Shown here piece after piece: positions 57,966 to 64,000 of a stretch of 64,000 nucleotides of DNA; position 1 is the stretch's first letter; each line of letters starts with the position of its first letter. The notes beneath the pieces are model-generated. The model was not told the origin of the DNA, did no database searches, and saw nothing but the letters and a program-made list of their open reading frames with translations. A program made the translations under genes and the position numbers. This DNA is from a virus (taxonomy: Duplodnaviria; Caudoviricetes), in the IMG/VR virus record IMGVR_UViG_2531839366_000001, positions 1 through 64,000 of that record; one strand, written 5' to 3'.

Positions 57966-58342
57966 GGCTCTGTCTTCCTCTCTGCAATGGCTTTTATATG
58001 ATAAACCTCACCAGTAAGCGGATGCACTACTGGAAAAGGATTACGTATATAGTAAGTGACATTTGTATTCTTCTTGCTCACTTTGTCATTGTGTCTCACA
58101 TCTGTACCAGGTATGAATAACACTTTAATTTGTTCTGTATTTAATTGATTTGGTGATGATTGAATTGTATCAGGAGCAGCAGTTGCTACATTCTCGGCGA
58201 AATAGCAACTTTGTTCCGCTATATCAGGAGTTTCATTGTAATAATATACAGTCTCTCCTGGTTGTCCATACTTACCAGGTTGCTCTTTCTTCTGCAAATG
58301 GTATATATCGCATTCATGAATAAACATTCCTTGAAGAGACAT
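57950..58342 (-). CDS. Head-tail joining protein (YqbH/DUF3599-like)
   Basis: HECDIYHL...YG.PG; synteny. Confidence 0.7.
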   Translation of the reverse strand: MSLQGMFIHECDIYHLQKKEQPGKYGQPGETVYYYNETPDIAEQSCYFAENVATAAPDTIQSSPNQLNTEQIKVLFIPGTDVRHNDKVSKKNTNVTYYIRNPFPVVHPLTGEVYHIKAIAERKTEPWLTK

Positions 58343-58731
58343 TAAATCGTCCTCATTTTAAAGGTGACTTTATTTTTACCTTTATGATCCATAAACTTCC
58401 GAAGGAGATATAACACAGAAGGCTGAGTAACACTAGAACTGTCCTTAGTGTAGGTATAGTCACCACCACCAACACTTTCTGACTTAATGCCTTTCATAGC
58501 GTTTGTATCAGTATTGGTAAGAGCATAATACTGTGCCAACTTCTTACAAGCTAACTTCACTTCTACTGGAACCTCAGGATACTTTGTCTTATCACCAAAA
58601 TCTATTTTTGACAGATTATAAATCTCTGTTTCTGCCTCAAGTATGTCCTGCTCCAATAGAGGAACAGGACGTTTCTTCGCTTCAGGCAGTACAGTGTATT
58701 CTATTAATTCTTGAGCAGTAATAAGTGCCAT
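58342..58731 (-). CDS. Head completion protein (YqbG/DUF3199-like)
   Basis: VKLACKKLAQYYAL...KSESVG.DYTY; likely start ATG 58731. Confidence 0.75.
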   Translation of the reverse strand: MALITAQELIEYTVLPEAKKRPVPLLEQDILEAETEIYNLSKIDFGDKTKYPEVPVEVKLACKKLAQYYALTNTDTNAMKGIKSESVGGGDYTYTKDSSSVTQPSVLYLLRKFMDHKGKNKVTFKMRTI

Positions 58732-58736
58732 ACTTA

Positions 58737-58904
58737 TCACTCCTCTCCTTTAGATTTACTACCTTCTTTTCGAACTTCAAATTGTTCATTACCATTTAGA
58801 TAATCATAGGTTTTCTTTGTAACCTTTTCTTCTTGGTCCAATAAAAAAAGACGTTCATGGACGTCGTATGTTTTACCAACTATTAATTTAGTGTAGTAAT
58901 TCAA
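58737..58904 (-). CDS. 55-aa YqbF-like protein
   Basis: Hand translated from TTG (RBS AAGGAG): MNYYTKLIVGKTYDVHERLF...YDYLNGNEQFEV. Confidence 0.65.
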   Translation of the reverse strand: MNYYTKLIVGKTYDVHERLFLLDQEEKVTKKTYDYLNGNEQFEVRKEGSKSKGEE

Positions 58905-58910
58905 AAGTCA

Positions 58911-59840
58911 TCACTCCTTAACTTTGATAACTTTTGCTACTGCATCTTCCTCTTCGAACTTCACATCAACCTTCGCAGTTAAAACAATGATGAATTTACG
59001 AGCACGAATATCCTTATCTACTTCAATTCGAATATTACGGCTCATACCTGTCACAATATTTTTAGGAGGAGTCAATAAAATATCAGATACAGTATTTCCT
59101 CCATCATTATACGGCTGTAACATAGCAATCCCCTCTACTGGAACACCATAAGCAGAAGCTAAACCACCTTGAAGTGAAACATCCCCTAAGTTAGTTTGTC
59201 GCATCGCTACTTGGTCTTTCCATTCAATTTCTAAACCATGTGATGTGTAAAACTTCCAATCTTTAGGGTTACGCAGGTATTTAGCAGGAACAGCTTTATA
59301 AGCTTTCTTAAATACATCTTTAGTAAATGCACTTGCAGCACAATCTACAACATGCGAAGTTGCTTGTTTGCGAAGGCCATCTAATAAAGCTAAATAGGAA
59401 TCTGTAGACGCTATATCACCATTCAAAATTAGCTCTTCGATATCTAATGCAGCACGATCTGCTATCATCTGCATGATAGTATTTTGAAGATTACCGCCCT
59501 CAATATTGTTTTCCAATGTATCATAAGTAATATGCACTTCCGCAATTACTTCTTTAGCATTTAACGTAATTGTGCTAGTTGATGGAGCAGAGCGATCAGA
59601 GTCTTTTAAAGGTACACCTTCAACACCAGGGCGAAGAATACGGGAACCAAAGCCGATCTTTTCAATTTTAAGTGTGTCTGAGGTCATTTGAACAAAGCGC
59701 GAATCCTTTAAAATAGTAGGGGAATTTTGCACCATACGTAAGAATGTATCAGCTTGTTCAGGATTCATTAAACCGCCACTAGCTAATGTGGCAAGAGTAA
59801 CGTCTGCTTTCTCGATAATTGTTTTGTTATTAAGTGTCAT
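58911..59840 (-). CDS. Major capsid protein (XkdG/YqbE-like)
   Basis: [12 protein letters not shown]...EDAVAKV. Confidence 0.9.
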   Translation of the reverse strand: MTLNNKTIIEKADVTLATLASGGLMNPEQADTFLRMVQNSPTILKDSRFVQMTSDTLKIEKIGFGSRILRPGVEGVPLKDSDRSAPSTSTITLNAKEVIAEVHITYDTLENNIEGGNLQNTIMQMIADRAALDIEELILNGDIASTDSYLALLDGLRKQATSHVVDCAASAFTKDVFKKAYKAVPAKYLRNPKDWKFYTSHGLEIEWKDQVAMRQTNLGDVSLQGGLASAYGVPVEGIAMLQPYNDGGNTVSDILLTPPKNIVTGMSRNIRIEVDKDIRARKFIIVLTAKVDVKFEEEDAVAKVIKVKE

Positions 59841-59861
59841 ATATATTTTCCTCCTTCAGGC

Positions 59862-61094
59862 TTACAGTAAGCCATTCCATACAGATTTTTTGACTTCAGT
59901 TTTTTCAACAACATCAGTATCTTGTTGATTGCTAACGCCTTGAGATTTCTTTAAGGCTTCAATCTCTTCACGTAGAGGAGCGGTAGCAGCTTCAACAGCT
60001 TTTTTTACTCTAATATCTTCTTCTGTTTTTTCCTCGTCGAGATTAAGATGTTTCTTAACAGAAGCTAATTCCTCTTTAATTGGATTCACTGCTTTTTCTA
60101 CTGCGGATGCTAATGTCTTTTCTAACTGTTCTTGGTTAAACTCCATATTGTTTTCCTCACTTCCTGCGCCTTCCCGTGACGGTGTGACGCGTGTTTTTAG
60201 ATTTGTTAATGAATCAATAGCTGCATCAATATCAGCCATGTTCGTATTACTAATTTTCTTACCTGCTTTTTCTACTTCTGCAGCAAGAGATACAACAGGT
60301 TTGTTCTCCCATGCTTTCACAACTGCTTCAGTACCCTTCAACTCGTTGATAATCTCAACAAATTCAAGCGCAGCTTCTTCAATACGATCTAAGTCAATAG
60401 CATCGGCTGTAGACGCATTCCAAAGCGACTGATAGAAAGTATCTTCTAGTGCAGAGAAAGATGCATTAACATCACGGCGATGCTTATTCTGGTTAAATTT
60501 ATCTCTAACCTCGCCTTTTTGAACGTTTTCTCCACTAAAAAAGCCCTTCATCAATTGGAAGAAGGACTCTTTTTGTTTTTCTTCAGTTTTCGTTACTTCT
60601 TCCTCAATCACTTCTGTCTCAGCGATCCCTGCAAGAGAATACCCTGTCATCTTGCCATCTTTAATGTCTTTCCATATCTCATCGGTTGCTTTTGTCACTA
60701 ACACCCATGTACCTTTAGTGATTGTTTCACCGTTAATATCCATATCAACAGGAGCTACATAACTTTCTACCACTTCACCTGCTCCTGCGTTAAAATCATG
60801 TTGAGCATCGATGTTTCGGTACTTAGCGATGAAGTTATGAGCAGAGCGCTCTATATCTTCCGCATCCATAAAGTCCCCATGTGCATCGTGCGTACTTGTA
60901 TCTTCTGCACTACCTGGTTCATAGACAATCCCATACACAAGCTTTTGGTCTTCATCTTCACCTTTAATGATTTTAACTTCTTTTTCGAATGTTGGTTCTT
61001 GCTCACTTTTCGTTAAGAAGAACTTCTTTTTATTTGCTGCTTTATCTACAATAGAAACAAAGCTCACATCCACGTTTTTAAGTTTCCTTGGCAT
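59862..61094 (-). CDS. XkdF-like prohead protease/scaffold
   Basis: VSIVDKAAN, LVYGIVYEP, DAHGD and TGYSLAG motifs; coiled-coil scaffold tail. Confidence 0.85.
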   Translation of the reverse strand: MPRKLKNVDVSFVSIVDKAANKKKFFLTKSEQEPTFEKEVKIIKGEDEDQKLVYGIVYEPGSAEDTSTHDAHGDFMDAEDIERSAHNFIAKYRNIDAQHDFNAGAGEVVESYVAPVDMDINGETITKGTWVLVTKATDEIWKDIKDGKMTGYSLAGIAETEVIEEEVTKTEEKQKESFFQLMKGFFSGENVQKGEVRDKFNQNKHRRDVNASFSALEDTFYQSLWNASTADAIDLDRIEEAALEFVEIINELKGTEAVVKAWENKPVVSLAAEVEKAGKKISNTNMADIDAAIDSLTNLKTRVTPSREGAGSEENNMEFNQEQLEKTLASAVEKAVNPIKEELASVKKHLNLDEEKTEEDIRVKKAVEAATAPLREEIEALKKSQGVSNQQDTDVVEKTEVKKSVWNGLL

Positions 61095-61235
61095 TTATTC
61101 ACCTCCTTTCAAAAGGATATGTATTTGATTTAGTGTTAACTTATTGATTTCTTGTAAATTCCAACCTAACTTCAGTAAAAGATAAGTTAATTCGTTCAAA
61201 TTATCCCTCCTTATTAAACGAACAAAAGACACCGG

Positions 61236-62396
61236 TTAAGATGTCTTTTGTTCATTAAGTAGATTTATTATCTTTTCAATACATTTCTCTATATCATCAT
61301 TGATTTCGTTTTCCCAAAACCGTAATATCTTCCAACCTTTTTCATGGACGTCTTTGTTTTTTCTAGCATCTTTTTCTTTTTGTTTGGGAAGGTTATGCCA
61401 ATACACTCCGTCACACTCAATGATAATATTATGATTTGGTATACCGAAGTCACAAATCCATCTTCCTAGTTTGAATTGTGGTTCAAAAGGAATATTAGCA
61501 TCCTTCATTGCAGATTCTAACTTAATTTCTATAGAACTCCTTTTACCACCTATCATTTTTTGTGTATACGCTCCAACACATTGTGTCGAACATAACTTTC
61601 CCCAACCCATTTTGATATTAGCTGGTTTGGCGTGAAATTCAGTTCCGCAAATTAGACATTCTCGTTTGACTTGACTATATAAAGGATGTCTTTCTCCGGT
61701 TCTGTTCTTTATAAATATTAAAGAACATTCTTTTGAGCAGTAATTATATACATCTCTGTCTCTATAACTAACAACAAATTCTTTTTTACAATTTCTACAC
61801 GTTTTTTTGACATCGTCATGTTTATTCCAAGCTGCTTTTTTTATTTCTCCAGAATGTATCTTTTCATAATACTTTTGTCTGTTTATTGCAGCTTTATCTG
61901 TATGAAAATGTCTCCATGATTCATTTTGCTCAGCCGATAATTTACCAAAACACTCTCTAGAACAAAATCTACCTTGCCCCTTCTTGACTCTCGAAATAAA
62001 CGTAGTAAATTCTTTTCCGCAAAATTCACATTTTACTTCTAAACTTTTGGGATTTTTACTATTTCTAAATTTAATAGCACAACTTTTGCTGCAACAATTA
62101 CCAGATTCTTTGTATTTTGTCTTTGGGATTTCAACGCTCTTATTGCACCATGCACAATTAGATATAATTCTTTTATCTTGCTTCTCAGAGACCTTCTTAA
62201 TAGCACATACAGGGCATCTTGTACCGCCTAAAAAAGCACCTGCATTAGGTTCCCATTCATTACCGCATACATTGTGTTTCATTTTTATTTTAGATCTCTT
62301 GTTTATATATCTCCCTAAAACGGTGTATTCGTCTCCAACTGCTTCAAAAATCAAAGATACGTATTCTTCATGCGTTCTTTTCAAAATAAACACCAC
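61236..62396 (-). CDS. Multi-zinc-ribbon protein with a C-terminal DUF559/Vsr-like endonuclease (homing-endonuclease-like)
   Basis: Repeated CxxC...CSxxC units; ICDF...IIECDG.YWH...KDARKN...GWKILRFWE. Confidence 0.8.
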   Translation of the reverse strand: MVFILKRTHEEYVSLIFEAVGDEYTVLGRYINKRSKIKMKHNVCGNEWEPNAGAFLGGTRCPVCAIKKVSEKQDKRIISNCAWCNKSVEIPKTKYKESGNCCSKSCAIKFRNSKNPKSLEVKCEFCGKEFTTFISRVKKGQGRFCSRECFGKLSAEQNESWRHFHTDKAAINRQKYYEKIHSGEIKKAAWNKHDDVKKTCRNCKKEFVVSYRDRDVYNYCSKECSLIFIKNRTGERHPLYSQVKRECLICGTEFHAKPANIKMGWGKLCSTQCVGAYTQKMIGGKRSSIEIKLESAMKDANIPFEPQFKLGRWICDFGIPNHNIIIECDGVYWHNLPKQKEKDARKNKDVHEKGWKILRFWENEINDDIEKCIEKIINLLNEQKTS

Positions 62397-62435
62397 CTAG
62401 TTATATAACTTATAATACTTAAAAGAGGTGATATT

Positions 62436-62600
62436 ATGGCTATTGATAAAACAAAGAATACCCAAGTTTTAGTTACGTTCCCTAATGAAATGCTAAAAGA
62501 TATAGATGAATATTGGCACGATAATAGATTGAAGAATAGAAATGAAGCAATTAGAGAGTTGATTAGAATCGCTTTAAGTCAAAAAGAGGCACATAAATAA
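62436..62600 (+). CDS. 54-aa ribbon-helix-helix (CopG-like) protein
   Basis: Hand translated MAIDKTKNTQVLVTFPNEMLKDIDEYWHDNRLKNRNEAIRELIRIAL; RBS GAGGTG. Confidence 0.8.
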   Translation: MAIDKTKNTQVLVTFPNEMLKDIDEYWHDNRLKNRNEAIRELIRIALSQKEAHK

Positions 62601-62615
62601 GAAGTGTCTCTTTTT

Positions 62616-63536
62616 TTATTTCTTTTTCGCTAAAACCTCTGCTCGTATCTTTTCTTTCTCTTCTTCAGAAAGCCCTAATATCTTATTATCAACCGCAGGA
62701 GACATTACACACTTGCAAAAAATTCTTTCCTTTCCACTTAACGAACTGTCACGCGGAAACATACATTTTTCACCGGAACCCGGTAGAACGAAGGGTTCTT
62801 CAACCAGAACAACAGTGCCATCGTATTCAACATGATTCTCACGAGGGTCATTGTTTTTAGCACCACTATGCCTCCACTTTTTTCCCGTAACAGCAGGACT
62901 CTGCAAATATGACTCGAACTGGCTTGCCGAACAACTCGCAAGTACTTCAGTGGCAGCGGTTTTCCTCGCTCTTTTACGATCGAATTCCGGAAGCTTTGCA
63001 AGCTCTCTCGCAATTTCCTTTATACCTTTCCCCTTCTCTAATCCATCGTTTAAAATACGCTCCACTGCTTTGTGTGAGTTAATTTGCATCAACTTACCTA
63101 GTTCATCAGACCAACTATTAATCCACTTTGTAGTGCGTTTTGAGAAGATATTAAATTGGATGTCAGGGTCAATCGCATTCATGAAAGCTTTAGCCATATC
63201 TTTCATTGAATAATTAAGGAACTTCCTTGCAGATTTGCTCAAGCTTTTTGCAAAGGTATCTGCTCCAAATAGGCTACCAGTAACGAAATTAATGATATCT
63301 TTTATCTTGATACCCTTTTCGATAGCGTCCTTTTTCGTATAGTTCTTAATCCCATCAACAAAGTACTTGCGCTGCTTCCTAAGCAGTTTAGCAATTTCCT
63401 TTTCGAAGTCCTCAACATAACCAGGTAGCATGTCCAATACTTCTAAATCAGCAGGTAAGGAAGTAGAAAAATCGTCTGTATCAGCCTTTTGTATCCATTC
63501 ATTCAATGAAATTAGCAGTTTATCAATCTTCTGCAT
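62616..63536 (-). CDS. SPP1 gp7/Mu gpF-like minor head protein
   Basis: RARKTAATE, KKWRH...PRENH, FPRD...CKC motifs. Confidence 0.85.
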   Translation of the reverse strand: MQKIDKLLISLNEWIQKADTDDFSTSLPADLEVLDMLPGYVEDFEKEIAKLLRKQRKYFVDGIKNYTKKDAIEKGIKIKDIINFVTGSLFGADTFAKSLSKSARKFLNYSMKDMAKAFMNAIDPDIQFNIFSKRTTKWINSWSDELGKLMQINSHKAVERILNDGLEKGKGIKEIARELAKLPEFDRKRARKTAATEVLASCSASQFESYLQSPAVTGKKWRHSGAKNNDPRENHVEYDGTVVLVEEPFVLPGSGEKCMFPRDSSLSGKERIFCKCVMSPAVDNKILGLSEEEKEKIRAEVLAKKK

Positions 63537-64000
63537 CTTGCATCGATTCCAATAAGTCTCTTAAATCCTTCATAATCATGACTAGGTCAACAGGAGTATC
63601 AGATTTTTGAATAGGTTCTGTTGTCTTTTGTTCAGACAACTTCTTAATTGCTTGTAATACCAATGCAATAGGCTGATTCGCTTCTTCTATTTTGAACGAT
63701 TCAAGGTTCTTATTCAGTACTTTTGAAGCCAAATCACGTAAATCGTTAAACGTGACGCCGCCATACTTACATAGAATATCAAGCATTTTCGCAAGGTCTT
63801 CAGTATTACTGATTTCCGGCTTACGCAGGTTCACATATACATGTTTAAGCTCGTATGGAGGCAAGAGAATGTTATTAATAATAAACTCTAGGGAGTTTCT
63901 TTCTGGTTCAAATACTTGTTCTTCTGTAATCTCTCGTGCCGCATCAGCAGTAGCACGGTTAAAGTCTCTGCTATACCCTACATAAATATCAGGTAAACGG
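63523..64000 (-). CDS. PBSX/XkdE-type portal protein, C-terminal part (5' end outside the window)
   Basis: Frame open to the window edge: RLPDIYVGYSRDFNRATADAAREITEEQVFEPER. Confidence 0.88.
   Translation of the reverse strand, partial: RLPDIYVGYSRDFNRATADAAREITEEQVFEPERNSLEFIINNILLPPYELKHVYVNLRKPEISNTEDLAKMLDILCKYGGVTFNDLRDLASKVLNKNLESFKIEEANQPIALVLQAIKKLSEQKTTEPIQKSDTPVDLVMIMKDLRDLLESMQDAED

Noticed and set aside
152-63985. Many short ORF-track entries antisense to or overlapping long genes (e.g. 551..853, 3425..3751, 44170..44664, 53687..54718, 61984..62400)
   Set aside because: Shadow frames of well-supported genes; no RBS or recognisable motif.

Overview
AT-rich Bacillus cereus-group temperate siphophage that probably persists as a phage-plasmid. 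No integrase is in view, but a type Ib ParA partition cassette with AT-rich centromere-like repeats is present. Left to right: (1) two cell-wall hydrolases sharing one binding domain, then the replication/early module (ArpU-like activator, DnaC-like loader, replisome organiser, Sak, antirepressor) and a Cro/CI switch (1-9.5 kb); (2) a ~21 kb accessory region with an ietAS AAA+/subtilase pair, lipoproteins, two yjcZ/sscA genes, an IS3-family element, a DraT-like ADP-ribosyltransferase + CoiA-like gene divergent from two DGQHR genes, a PlcR-box peptide, a sialidase-like protein and an OLD-like ATPase-TOPRIM nuclease (9.5-30 kb); (3) candidate structured RNAs, the par locus and the HTH/FtsK/Replic_Relax/DUF3967 module (30-38.7 kb); (4) a 7.4 kb transposase-less Tn7/Mu-type element (TGT...ACA ends, GAATC target duplication, arrays of CGGCAAnnTTATG sites) that splits yolD and carries a 1141-aa candidate pore-forming toxin plus two partner ORFs (38.9-46.3 kb); (5) lysis, tail and PBSX/skin-like head genes on the minus strand, with a Zn-ribbon/DUF559 endonuclease + RHH insert, ending inside the portal gene. 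All family assignments come from motif recognition by eye; no searches were run.
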